From Chiloscyllium plagiosum (Eukaryota), in the NCBI RefSeq assembly GCF_004010195.1, contig NC_057718.1, forward strand, positions 38,373,834 to 38,437,833: DNA of 64,000 nucleotides, written 5' to 3'. The position numbers were made by a program, and so were the translations under genes. A model generated the notes under the pieces. It did no database searches, had not been told where the DNA came from, and saw only the letters and a list, made by a program, of their open reading frames with translations. This document shows positions 48,565 to 60,870 of the stretch, in pieces; positions within the stretch are counted from its first letter, which is position 1, and each line of letters starts with the position of its first letter.

Positions 48565-49845
48565 GATTGAGAAGATTTGTAGCTCAGGGTTTGGATGTAG
48601 GTTTGCTTGCTGAGCTGGAAGGTTCATTTCCAGACATTTCATTACCTTACTAGGCAACATCTTCAGTGGGCCTCAGGCAAAGCAATGTTGAAAATTCCAG
48701 CTTTCTATTTATATGTTTGGGTTGGTGATGTCATTTCCTGTGAAATCAGTTCTGGTTCCTTTTCTCAGGGGGTAGTAGATGAGTTTTGATGAAGCATAGC
48801 ATTCCAACCAGAACTCAATTCTCATGATCATCTGTTTGGTTTGTTCTAGGATGGCTTTGTTGTCCCAGTCAAAGTGATGTCCTTCCTCATCTATATGTAA
48901 GGATATTAGAGAGAGTGGGTCATGTCATTTTGTAGCTAGTTGATGTTAGTGTATCCTGGTGGCTAGTTTTCTGCCTGTTTGTTCAATGTAGTGTTACAGT
49001 TCTTGCAAGGTATTTTGTAAGGATATTAGCTTTGCTGGTCTGTATAGGGTCTTTCAAGTTCATTAGCTGCTGTTTTAGTGTGCTGGTGGGCTACCATGAT
49101 GCCAATGGGTCATAGTAGTCTGGCAGTCATTTCAGAGATGTCTTTGATGTAGGGAGTGGCTAGGGTTTCTGCTCAGGTTTTGGCTGCTTGTTGGAGTTTG
49201 TTGCTCAGAGTCAGCCGATTGTGTTCATTGGGTACCTGTTCTTTTTGAATACACTGTATAGACGATTTTCCTCTGCTCTGCATAGTTCTGTGCTGCAGTG
49301 TGTGGTGGCTCATTGAAATGAGCTAATACAGCTTAATTTGTGGATTTTGGGATGATTGCTGCTGTACTTCTATGTGGTCCATGTGTTGTTTTCCTGTAGA
49401 CACTGATTTGGAGCTCCCATTGGCTGTTCACTCTACTGCAACATAGAGGAATGGTAGTTTGTTCTACTTTTCCTGCTCTTTAGTGAATTTTATGCCAGTA
49501 AGGGTATTATTGATGGTCTTAAAGGTTTCCTCTAATTTGTTTCATTTCATGATGAAAAAAGTGTTATCCACATAGCAGACCCAAAGTTTGTGTTGGATCG
49601 TTGGCAGAGCTGTTAGAGTCCCTGCATTACTGCCTCTGCTATGAACCCTGATAGAGATCCCATGGGTGTGCTGTTGAGATGGCTGTAGGTTTTGTTGTTG
49701 AAGGTGAAGTAGGTGCACTTGCTTGATGATACAATCCTTGCTTTGGTTCTACAACGTAGTCAGTGTTTCCTTGGCCAGGTTGTTGATGACCAAATGTCTG
49801 AAAGTGAACCTTCCAGCTCAGCAAGCAAACTTACATCCAGAATTA
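48565..49845 (-). mobile_element. Older Penelope-like (Poseidon-type) element (RT C-terminus plus GIY-YIG) with a short inverted end
   Basis: Minus-strand remnants PMGS..GFIAEAVM and LWVCYVDNTF. The terminal segment (gctgagctggaaggttca) occurs at about 48609 and inverted at about 49805-49822. Confidence 0.8.
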
Positions 49846-51489
49846 CAATTAGTTTCTAACTGGCTGTCAGATCTTTGTAGGTGTTACTTGCAAATTCTTT
49901 CAACAGAAAAGAATGGCATAATGTAACTAATATTTTGTTAACCCAAAGAAAAATCATTGTAAATATTAATGATTTAATTAACTGCAGTCTTTAAACCTGC
50001 AAAAGTAAATTGGACTGTCAGGATTCACAGTATACAATACAGCATAGAACAGAGGCATATCTGAAGTCCTTAAAATAGAAAGATTACAAATGGGTGAGCG
50101 AGTTAAGAATGGTTAGTTTGAAGAGTGGTTTTCACAATAGCAAACTACCATTAATAATGACAGGTAGATGGCCAAAGTAGTGGACTACAGTTGGAAGTTA
50201 AACAGGGATGGAATGGAGGGAGCAGAAAATGGAAGACAAGTAGAGGAAATGCAAAAAATATGGCAATGGGAGAAATCACAACGTAACTGCATTTGAAACG
50301 ATAACAGGGAGAGATATCCAGAAAAATTCATCTTATGAGCAACTACTTGCCATTTTCAAACTGACCTCGTGTCTAAAACTAGGATGTGAATGGTAGCAAA
50401 AGCATTTGTCACAAAAAAGACAACTATACAATTGGTTTTGAAAAGACAACAGTAAAATGTAATAGTTTCACAATGCAAGTTGAATAAAACATATCACTCG
50501 CCAATGATTAAAGGGCTTCCCAAAATCGGGGTGGAGCTCAAAAGCCACAATACCAAACTTTCTCCCCACTCAACAGAAGAGCCGTGAGCACTGTAGAAGT
50601 GCACGGAAATTATTCTAAAGGTTTACAGAACAAGTAAATTGACTTTAAAAGTGAAACTTTACAGAGCTCCTTCTGCACACGTCCTCCATTAACACGGGAG
50701 GAACTATCGTCAGGGTCGACCAAAGGAAATAACCAAATTCAGGGTCATACACAGTAATCTTGAATATCCAGCTTTAGGTTATTGACAACAATCTGTTTAT
50801 ATTTTAAAGAGTTGAAAAGATAGTTTCATATACACATCAGACTGCAGATTATACCAGGAATTCGTGATAAACTGTGGAATACAGTGGCAGCAAGGAGTCA
50901 GGATGAAGTCAACCTGGAGTGAGGGAAAAAAAGGGAGAAGGCAACTGAATGGAATAAAACGAGTTTGTTAAAGCACGGAAACCCCATTCCCCTCTCTCTA
51001 CCTAAAGGCACGAGCGAAAAGGAATACTCTTTCAAATGGGTAATGTTCCACATTTCTAACGGATAACAACAAGACCTAATCAGTACTCTTCCACACTGAA
51101 AAGAGTGAAAGGTTTGTCTCCTTCAAGACCGAGGGGGAAGGTCAGTCAGGGAGATCCCGGCTCCCGATTGAGTTCGGGTTTCGGTCGTGGCTGTCGCCCC
51201 CCCACACCGCTCAGACAGCGACATAAAGGAAGGAACCCTCTGACACATACTTGCCTCCATTGTGTGGGAGAGATTAAAGGCAAACAGTGCGCTCTATATT
51301 TTTTATTAAAGTTCCCTCTCAGTCAAACCACACGCAGCTTAAAAATGGATTTTAGTTTCCCAAAAAAACCCCAGTGACGCAAACTGCGCCGTCGTTCAAA
51401 CAAACCTGAACACAGAACTCCTCCCTCGTTGGCATTTTAGTCACGATTCATTGCCGCCCTCCCCTTCAGCTGAAGCATTTATTGCACGG

Positions 51490-51675
51490 TGCCTGTGTCC
51501 GTCAAACCGCCCTGTAACTCGATTGGGCAGGGTTAGGTTTCAGGGAGGACGGCTGAGCCAATAGTGAGAGTCCGTGTTGGGATGTGGAACCGGGCTGGGC
51601 TTGGGAAAATGTCCAATCAGCTAGCAGCAGGCGCATGTGGGTTGAGCCAGTCAGCATCGCGTGCTGCGGGTGGAA
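51490..51675 (+). promoter_or_regulatory. UTP25: UTP25 CpG-rich promoter with several CCAAT (NF-Y) boxes
   Basis: GATTGG (about 51521), AGCCAATAG (about 51556) and GTCCAATCAG (about 51611) in a CpG-enriched region upstream of the ATG. Confidence 0.6.
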
Positions 51676-51773
51676 ATGGGAAAAAGAAAGAGACAACACC
51701 TGGGGAGTAATTTGACCAAGAAACAGAAAAATCATCTGCGGGAATTCGGGGAGCAACACCCCTTTCATGATGA
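51676..51773 (+). CDS. UTP25: UTP25/DIEXF (U3 snoRNA-associated protein 25, digestive organ expansion factor), exon 1
   Basis: MGKRKRQHLGSNLTKKQKNHLREFGEQHPFHD matches the UTP25 N-terminus as recalled (LTKKQKKHLRDFGEEHPF). Donor GA|GTGAGT, phase 2. Confidence 0.93.
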
Positions 51774-52574
51774 GTGAGTCTACCTGCTTTAAAATCACAT
51801 TGTTGACTTCCGCTTTCACTCTTGCACCGATGTTTCAGTCTCCTGTCTTCCTGAAGTGTGATGTTGGAATAATGTGAACTTATCGAAGGAAAGATATACA
51901 GTACTGACATTGGAGATAGTGCAGAGAAGGTTCATGAGCCTAATCCTGAATATGGAGGAGCTCTCTTATGAGTGGTTGTGTGGGTTTGGCCTGTACTCAT
52001 CAGAGTTTGAAAGAATGAGAGGTAAACTTATTGATTCTTAGGGGACTTGACAGGGTGGGTATGGGCGAGTCTAGGACCGGAGGGTACAGTCTCAATGTGG
52101 GATCACATATCTAAGAACATGAGTTCAACACAAAAAAAGCGTAGGATCAAACAATTCAGCCCCTCAAGCCTGTTCCATTATTTAAATCATGGTTGATCTC
52201 ATCTCGGCCTCAACTGCATTTTCCTGCCTGTTCCCCATAACTCTTTACCTGTTACTAATTCAGAAGCTGTACTATCACGTCCTTTACATTTATTCAGTGT
52301 CTTGGTGTCCATTAATTCCACGGATTCTTGATCCTTTGGGAGAAGTAATTCCCTCTTCATCTGTTTTAAATCTGTTGGCAAGAGGCTTTTGCCTTTCGGA
52401 GGCTAGTGAATCTTCATAATTCTTTACCACAGAAGGATGTAAGAGTAAAATCACTACTGTTTCAGAGAGCCATGAAACCTGAGGGTCACCACGCCTCAGG
52501 CAAGGTTGAGAAAGTGGGACCTTCATAGTAACCTCAGCTGGTGTGAGAATTGAACCTGCGCTGTTGAGCCAAAG

Positions 52575-52905
52575 AGACATATAGCACAGAAACAGATCCT
52601 TCGGTCAAACTTGTCTATGCCAACCAGATATCTCAACCTAATCTAGTTCTGTTTACCAGCACGTGGCCCATATCCCTCTAAACCCTTCCTCTTCATGTCC
52701 CCACCCAGATGCCTTTTAAATGTTGTAATTGTACCAGCCTCCACCACTTCCTCTGGCAGCTCATTCCATACACATATCACGCTTTGCATGAAAAAGGTGT
52801 CCCTTCGATCCCTTTTTAAAGTTTGCCCCTATCACCCTAAACCTATGCACTCTAGTTCTGGACTCCCCCACCCCAGGGAAAGGACTTTGTCTATTTTCCC
52901 CATCA
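52575..52905 (-). mobile_element. CR1 3' end fragment in UTP25 intron 1
   Basis: Reverse-complement similarity to 2780-3100. Confidence 0.8.
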
Positions 52906-53491
52906 AGTCACATTTTTTCACGAACCAGCTGTGATGTTAAGTATGTTCAAGGCTGAGATGGATTTCTAATTGGTGGAGGAATTGAGGATTGGATAGGGAA
53001 ATTGCAGAAAAGTGGAGTTGAGGGTTATCAACTTCGTCATAGTCTCATTGGATGGTGAAGCAGACTTGATGGCCCGAATTGTCTGCTTCTGCTCTGATAT
53101 CATATGGTGTTATTGTTTGTTCTGAAATTCTTTGTCCCTTGCATAACTATCAATACCTGTAGTCTCCTTGCATCCGCTTCACATCTTACTTTTATATCTA
53201 TCATTGTGTCACCAACAAATTTGGCAACCTTGTCTTCCATTCCTTCAAATAGGTCAAATTGTGAAGCAATGAAAATTGTAAGCAATTGAAGTTCCAGTAC
53301 TCATTCCTGTGACACACTATTACATCTCATCAACCTGAATAAGATCAATCAATGCCTACTGTCTGCTTCTAATCCACTAATCTGTCCATGCCAATATACT
53401 ACACGATATACCATGAGCTTTTATTTTCAACAATGACACATGATTTGACAACTTCTGAAATGTGTTCTAAAAATCAAAATGCGTAAATCTG

Positions 53492-54726
53492 GATGAGCTG
53501 TGCTGGAAGGTTCATTTTCAGACGTTTCGTCACCATACTAGGTAACATCTTCCGTGAGCCTCTGGACGAGGCAATGCTGTTGTTTCCTGCTTTCTATTTA
53601 TATGTTTGAGTTTCCTTGGTTTGGTGATGTAATTTCCTATGGTGATGTGTTCCCCCCCACCCAAAAGAGGGTGGTAAATGGGGTCCAAGTCAATGTGTTT
53701 GTTGATAGAGTGCCGGTCGGAATGCCATGCTTCTAGGAATTCTCGTACTTGTCTCTGTTTGACCTGTCGTAGGATGAGTTTGTGGGCTACCATGATGCTA
53801 AGGGGTCTGAGTAGTCTTCAGTCATTTCCAAGATGTCTTTGATGTGGGGGAGAGTGGCTAGGGTTTCTGGACCTGTTTTGTCAGCTTGTTTGGGTTTGTT
53901 GCTGAAAAATCGGGAACTTCAAGCTAGCGTCTACAGGAAAACAACACATAGAGTCATAGAGATGTACAGCATGGAAACAGACCCTTCGGTCCAATCCGTC
54001 CATGCCGACCAGATATCCCAACCCAATCTAGTCCCACATGCCAGCACCTGGCCCAGATCCCTCCTTACCCTTCCTATTCATATACCCATCCAAATGCCTC
54101 TTAAATGCTGCAATTGTACCAGCATCCACCACATCCTCTGGCAGCTCATTCCATATACGTACCACCCTCTGCGTGAAAAAGTTGCCCCTTAAGTCTCTTT
54201 TATATCTTTCCCCTCTCACCCTAAACCTATGCCCTCTAGTTCTGGACTCCCTGACCCCAGGGAAAAGACTTTGTCTATTTATCCTATCCATGCCCCTCAT
54301 AATTTTGAAAACCTCTATAAAGTCACCCCTCAGCCTCTGATGCTCCAGGGAAAACAGCCCCAGCCTGTTCAGCCTCTCCCTGTAGCTCAGATCCGGGCCA
54401 AATATTGAAGTACAGAAGCAATCATTGCAACATCCACAAATGAAGCTGCATCAGAACATTATTTCAACGAGCCAACTCACACTAGCACAGAGGCACTACG
54501 CAGAGCGGAGGAAAATCGCCTATACAGTGTATCCAAAAAGAACAGATACCCAATGAATATCATCGGCCAATTTCTCAGCAACAAACCCAAACAAGCACCA
54601 GCAATGCTTCGTCTGGAGGCTCACTGAAGATGTTACCTTGTACGGTCTGAAAATGAACCTTGCAGCTCAGCGAGCAAACCTACATCCAGAACCTTAACCT
54701 GAGCTAAAATCTTCTCAAAATTTGCT
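53492..54726. mobile_element. Fold-back Poseidon-type PLE in UTP25 intron 1 with a nested CR1
   Basis: Minus-strand REFLEAWHSDRHSINKHIDLDPIY; inverted termini; TSD AATGC(A)GTAAATCTG at 53478-53491 and 54727-54741. Confidence 0.82.
53948..54394 (-). mobile_element. Young CR1 3' fragment nested in the PLE
   Basis: ORF MRGMDRINRQSLFPG...FFTQRVVRIWNELPED...GMWD is almost identical to the C-terminus of the 2462-3031 ORF. Confidence 0.92.
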
Positions 54727-55285
54727 AATGCAGTAAATCTGCCAAGATCTCCTTTATCTGCAACACACAATTCTTCTTCAAAGAACTGCAATATTTAGAT
54801 TGAAAATTAATATCTTGAAATTATGAGAGTGCCCTTTTAGCATGCCTTTTAACAAAAATTCTAACATTTTCCCTATGACAGATGTTAAACCAATTGGCCT
54901 GTAGTTTTTTGCTTGTTGACTTCTCTTGTTGACTAAAGGAGATACATTTGCAATTTTCCAACCTGCCACAATTCAAGGTTGTTTTGAAAGAAAATTTAAA
55001 ATCAACATATTGCCTATCTCACTTGGGAGTTCTTTTAAGAGCCTAGCATAAAGATGTTTGTCAGTTTCCAGTTCCAACAATTTACTCAGTAGTACTTTTG
55101 AGGTGATTGTAATTTTCCTGAGTTTCTCACTCCCTTTTATTTCTTGATTTATAGTTGCTTCTAGGATGTTACTTGTATCCATTATAAGGAAAATTGCAAA
55201 ATACCTATTCATTTCATCTGCCAAGTCTTTATTTTTCATTAAGCTATCTTGCAATTCTGTGTAACGTTTAGATATTGTTTTGCAG

Positions 55286-55325
55286 GATTTTGGAAAAAGC
55301 AGCGCCAGCTCAGATTGTTGATCTG
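55286..55325 (+). CDS. UTP25: UTP25 exon 2
   Basis: ttgcAG acceptor and CTG|GTGAGT donor; 40 nt, phase 2 to phase 0, ILEKAAPAQIVDL. Restores the frame between exons 1 and 3. Confidence 0.85.
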
Positions 55326-56626
55326 GTGAGTTTTGAATACTATATTTGTGGATTCTTTGTAGTATCTGGAGTAACTCTGAAAGACAGAACGCTTCATGTG
55401 CAAGTTAAAATTAATTAAATATTGAACAGCTAGAAATGAACATCTCTAGAAATGTCTGGATAAAGCACACAATCTTTGATATACTGAGAGTGCAAGTTGT
55501 TTGGTGTGACTGTTTGTTAAAACAATGGTGTAAAGCACTGATATTTATTTTAATGGTTTATTACATTTAAGGCTAGAAAAAACTAAGACATTTTCACAGA
55601 AATAATTTAAGTAAACAGTACACCAAGACAAAGACAACTGGTGTCAGACCAGGTTACCACAAATGATCAGAGTGCACTCAAAGGAGGTGGAGGGTATGTG
55701 AAAGAATTCCAGAGCATGGGAACACTGATAGTTAAAGAAACAACTAGTGTCAGTAGAGTGAAGAGAGTGGGAGAATGTCCAGAAATGCCGGAAGCAGACA
55801 TTATGGGGAAAAGTTTAGGATCGGAGGCACTCAGTGCTAAGAAAGTGTAAAACCATCTGGGAATTGAACACTGGAATGAAAATTGAGATGGTGAGACAAT
55901 TGGAATCATTGTATGCTTGCAAAGATAGGGATGATAATAGGTAAGGAGGAGTTAGTGTGGAACAGGATCTATAGCCAATAGACTTTTTAGATGGGTAAAA
56001 GATGTATGCATTGCGGAGGAAATTGAAATAGTGGAGTTTGGAGGTGAGAATGATGTCAAGGTTTTGCCGGCAGTTGGGCTAAGGTAACTGGCCGAAAACA
56101 TCTTTACGATGGAGAGTATGAGAGTCAGAAACTCACTGAATTTTTGAATAAGATGCCAAAAATGTAAATAGTTAGCTTCAGTCTAAGACAGTGGCTCATG
56201 ATGTTAGTGCAGTTCTGTTTTAAAGTGTTTGAAGATCATGGTGACTGCAGATATTCTTTTTTTTGTTCATTCTCAGGGTGAGGGCATTACTGGCTAGACC
56301 ATCATTTATTGAACATCCCTAATTGTCGAGAGGGCAGTTAAGAGTCAACCACATTGCTGTGGATCAAGAGTCACATGTAGTTCAGACCTGCAAGGATGGC
56401 AGTTTCCTTCCATAAAGAACATTTGTGAACTAGATGTGTCTTGTCTGACAATGGGCAATGCTTTTGTTAAAATTTAATTCAAATTCAACCATCTGCCATG
56501 GTGCAATTCAGACCAGGGTCCCAGAACATCACCTGGGTCTCTGCATTAACAGTAAAGTGATAATACCACTTAGACTATTGTTTCCCTTTACCATTCTCAC
56601 AATTATTTTTATCCGAACAATTTCAG

Positions 56627-56879
56627 GCCGACAGCTCCGAGCAGTCTGATTCAGGGAGCGATGTAGAATCTGGTATAGAACGGATGACTGCCTACCAACA
56701 TCTGTGTTCCACCTTAAAAAATGTTGCAGAGGATCTGCACTCTGATTCTGATAGTGACAGTGAAAGTGAATTTGAAGAAGTGGTGAAGGAGACGACTCAA
56801 GATGATGATGATGAGGAGGAGGAGGCGGAAGAGTATGATGATAATGAAATTGGTGACAAAAATGACCCAGAAGAAAGAG
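56627..56879 (+). CDS. UTP25: UTP25 exon 3 (acidic region)
   Basis: tttcAG acceptor. ADSSEQSDSGSDVES...TAYQHLCSTLKNV followed by a D/E-rich tract (compare SGYHRLLATLKNV). Donor AG|GTATTT, phase 1. Confidence 0.9.
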
Positions 56880-57192
56880 GTATTTTCGTAGTTATTTCTA
56901 TTTTTTGGGGGTTTTTTCTACTAGTTGTGGAATGTGGGCTACACTGGCTGGGCCAGAATTTATTGCCCGTCCCTTAGAAAGGTAGTGGTGAGCTGCTTTC
57001 TTGGACTTCTGCAGTCATATGCTGCATATTAAATAACTGGATGGGAAAGGACAATCTTACGGAAATAGCAAATCCATTTTTTATTTATTAGATCAAGATA
57101 CATTAAAAAAATTATATTCTGATATTGAAAAATCTGTCATCATCATGACTGTTTTTCAATTTTCTATCTTGGTTGTTGCTCATTGTTAACAG

Positions 57193-57408
57193 ATGCATTC
57201 AATAAAGCTGAAACGACAAGCTCTACTACAGGGGAAGAATTTGCCAAGAATGAGGTGGCACACAGTGATGAAATTGAAAACGACAATGACCTCGAAACTG
57301 ATTTCACTGATGTGAAAAATGAAGCTAAATTCTGTTTAGAAAGTAATTTAATTGGAGATGAAAGTCAAGGTGAAAGTGAAGAAGTTGCTTATGTAAACAG
57401 TTTTGAAG
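57193..57408 (+). CDS. UTP25: UTP25 exon 4
   Basis: aacAG acceptor and AAG|GTAAGA donor; phase 1 to phase 1. Contains FTDVKNEAKFCLESNL. Confidence 0.88.
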
Positions 57409-57780
57409 GTAAGAATTTCCTGATTTCCATTTATATTTGCAATACACCCCCTTGGTTGAGTTCCATAGTCTGCCACTTGTAAACTTTAATTGAGATAGTT
57501 ATATTCTACAATGTTAATGAATGTGAATTGAGTAGGTCAATAAACATAAGATGACTGCGATGCATACATTGTAGCTTAGGTATTCAATATGAATTATAGT
57601 TTTTGTTTCCATTTTCAGAAAGTCATAATTTTTCTTTAAACCAATAGAACAGTCCAGCTGCCTTTGGACTAGCTGAATTCCAGTGTAATAACCTCGGGGC
57701 TTTCCTGAAATATGGAAGTTTAGTTATTGAACATTGTTATTCTCTAAGCTTGCTTAACACAACTTTGTTTTTTCATTCAG

Positions 57781-57866
57781 ACCCATTTAAGCAACATATG
57801 GACACAGAGCTAGAGGAAGATGATGTGAAAACTATAACAAAGGTTCATAGTACAACACAGTCCAAG
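57781..57866 (+). CDS. UTP25: UTP25 exon 5
   Basis: ttcAG acceptor and AAG|GTAATT donor. DPFKQHMDTELEEDDVKTITKVHSTTQSK (compare DPFLQHVNKEL). Confidence 0.92.
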
Positions 57867-58554
57867 GTAATTGTCAACTAATTATTTAGCCTTTGAATTT
57901 TGATGAAGTTGAATTGCTTTAGTTTTCAGAATTTCAGTTTTCTAGAGCATGATTTATCATTAGTGTTTAAGGGTCAATTGGCTAAGGACATTTGATATAT
58001 TCTCATTGAGGAAAGTAGGTTAGTATAAATACTACACTTGTGCAGAGTTAATGTTAAGGAGGCCATTATGCTCCAGCTCTTGACTGGCAAAACCCATCCG
58101 TAGCTATTGGTAGTGCTCTCTTACTATTCTGTGCCCATTATTTGCTGCAAAAATATATTTAGATTGTTTTGAAGATTTGGTCAAATTCTTAGTTCTGAGC
58201 AATTGGGATTACAGACAGTATGTAAACTCTGACATCCTTTGACATTAACAGAAGCTTAATACTAGTTTTGCACAAATAAATTACTAGTGTTCACTGATCG
58301 TGTAGTTTTTTCAAAATATAAAATGCAAGTTTATTTCAGTATTTGATGGTTAAGCATTTTTTAATGTAATTTGAATTGCAGGCTTTAAGTAGGCTCTGTA
58401 CAAAATTATTTAAGAATTTAAATTCTTGCTCGTAGGTGAACAGAAATTTGATTCTAAATCCTCATTTAATAATTTTATGTTTTGATAATTAAAAGGCACA
58501 GTATTTCAAAAGGCTTTTTCCAAGCCAATATCTTTTTTTTTGTCTTTTTACAAG

Positions 58555-58965
58555 TGGACTACCCTTGGGCAGTTAGTATGGTCCAGTCGCTTACCAAAAT
58601 ATTCTCTTATTAAAGAGTTGTCAGATGACAGTTCAAAAAATCTCCATCTCCATAAACCCCTGGAAACAACATGGCCTACGGTCAATGCTCAATTCCTTTC
58701 AACAGAGGATCAACTGAATCAAGAAGAATTTTTCATGCCACTTCAACAAGGACTCTTCCGAATAATGAATAATTACAGAGACATATATTATCCAGAAAGG
58801 ACTGCTATTGGAAATGGAGAGCAAATTCGCCGTGTCTATTGTTTACATGTGATGAATCATGTGTTGAAAGCAAATTCACAGGTGCTGAGCAATAATGCAA
58901 AGTACCAAGAACAAAAGGCAGAAATTGATGATGGCCTAAGGGATCAGGGACTTACAAGACCTAAG
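58555..58965 (+). CDS. UTP25: UTP25 exon 6; the gene continues beyond the window
   Basis: WTTLGQL...LHLHKPLETTW...PLQQGLFRIMNNYRDIYYPERTA...YCLHVMNHVLKAN...RDQGLTRPK is the diagnostic UTP25 segment. Donor AAG|GTAATG. Confidence 0.97.
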
Positions 58966-58999
58966 GTAATGATTTTCTTAATATGAGTACAAAAAGTGC

Positions 59000-60870
59000 T
59001 AGTAACACCACATGGGGGTCATTTTCACACAATTCTGTCAATAGATAAAACATTGGTATGTAATTTGAAACATTTCTAAAGAGAGAAATTGGTGAACCAG
59101 TTTTCATGGTAAAATGTCACAGGTGACTAATAATATGAAACTGTGGCACTTACAGCAAGGCTGCCTTTCTGATCTGGAGGCCAATGACCTACATTAACTG
59201 CAATCTATTAGTAATGGAAATGTATGTAGAAACGTTTAGCATGCTAGTAGACTGTTCAAAGCTCGTAATTATGAAGGAAGAATTAGTGGTAAAATGATTA
59301 AAAATATTCAGCAAAAGTGCATTTATGAAAAGAACTAAAACTCAATGATAAAGGTAACTATTGCATTAGATTAAAATTACTAGGGGAATAAGAAGTCAAA
59401 GGAAATTACTCTTAAGGTTGTACTGGAAAAATTAATTAAAATTAAAATTGATAAGTTCCTGGGACTTGATGGTATACATGCAGAATATTGAAGGAAGGGC
59501 TGTAGATGTCATTAATAATCATTTTCCAGAATGTTGTAGATACTGGAATGGCTTCTGCAGATTGGAAGCTAGCAAATGTGACCCCACCTTTTTAAGGAGG
59601 GAATAAGAGAGAAAACAGAGAACTACAGACTTGTCAGCTTACATAGATTCTAGTATTTTCCCTAGAAACTATTATAAAGGAGGGGATAAATGAACACTTG
59701 AATAATAATGATGATTGGACATAGCATGGATTTGCGAATAAGGACTCGTGGACAAACTTGAAGTATTTTGAGGAGATTCCTAGCAAAATTGAAGGGGAGA
59801 CAATAGATAAAATAAACTTGAATTTTCAGAGGGTATTGGTAAGGTTGCCTACAGGGAATTGTTAGCAAGATTGAAACACGTGGGATGGAAAGTAATGTAC
59901 TGATATGGATTAAGGATTTGTTAACAGACAGAAAACAAGAATGGGAATAAATGGGTTATTCTCACTTTAACAGGCTGTAGGATACCACAGGGATTATTAC
60001 TCGAGTACCAGCCATTCAAAGTATATACCACTGTTTTGGATGTGGGAACCAAATTTAATATTTCCAAATTTGTGAATAAATCAAAGCTAAGGAGGATTTT
60101 GGTTTGGGAGGAAATTGTAATGTTACTTTAGGAGGTCTTGGACAGGTTTGATGAGTGGACAAGAACAGGACAGGTGGAATATAATATGGAGAAAAGGTAT
60201 GGTAAGTTGAAAGGAGGAATGAAAGTGCAGAGTGTCTTGTTAAGTGGTAAGAAATTGTTAAGTGTAGATGTACAAAGAGACTGGTGTCCCTGTCAATAAA
60301 TCACTGAAGGCTACATGTCGGTTGCAGAAAACTATTAGGCCAAGGAAATGTTAGCTTTCATTGTAGGGTGATTTGAGTAGCAGATAGTGAAGACTTGCTT
60401 CATTTCTGCAGAAGCCTGGTTACATTGCAGCTAGGGTAATGCGTGCAATTTTAGTCTCGTTTTCTTGGGAAGGAAAGTGCAGCAAATGTTCACCAGACTT
60501 CTTGTCAAAGGAGTGGGACTGTATTGTCAAAAGAGATTGGGCTAACTGTTTCGAAGAATGAAAGGTGATTTCATTGAAACCTAATACTAAAAGGGATAGA
60601 CAGGGTAAATAAAGATAAGATGCTTTCCTAGTTAAGGAGTCTTTATGGAAGAATGCAATTTAAAATAAGGGAGTGCCACTTAGGACTGAAATAAGGAAAA
60701 ATTATTTTAGTTGCATTCTGAGACTTGAGAATTTTCTACCCAAGAGGACCGTGGAAGCTCAGTTTTTGACTATGTTTAAGGTAGAGTTTGATAGATTTCT
60801 GATTACCAATGGCGTCAAGAGTTATGGAATAATGTGGGTCAAAGCACTGAAGTGTTTGGTCAGCTATGTT
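59000..60870 (+). mobile_element. Old CR1 ORF2 remnant in UTP25 intron 6
   Basis: Remnants DWKLANVTP and ENYRLVSLT, plus C-terminal LRTEIRKNYFS and FKVEFDRFL. Confidence 0.7.
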
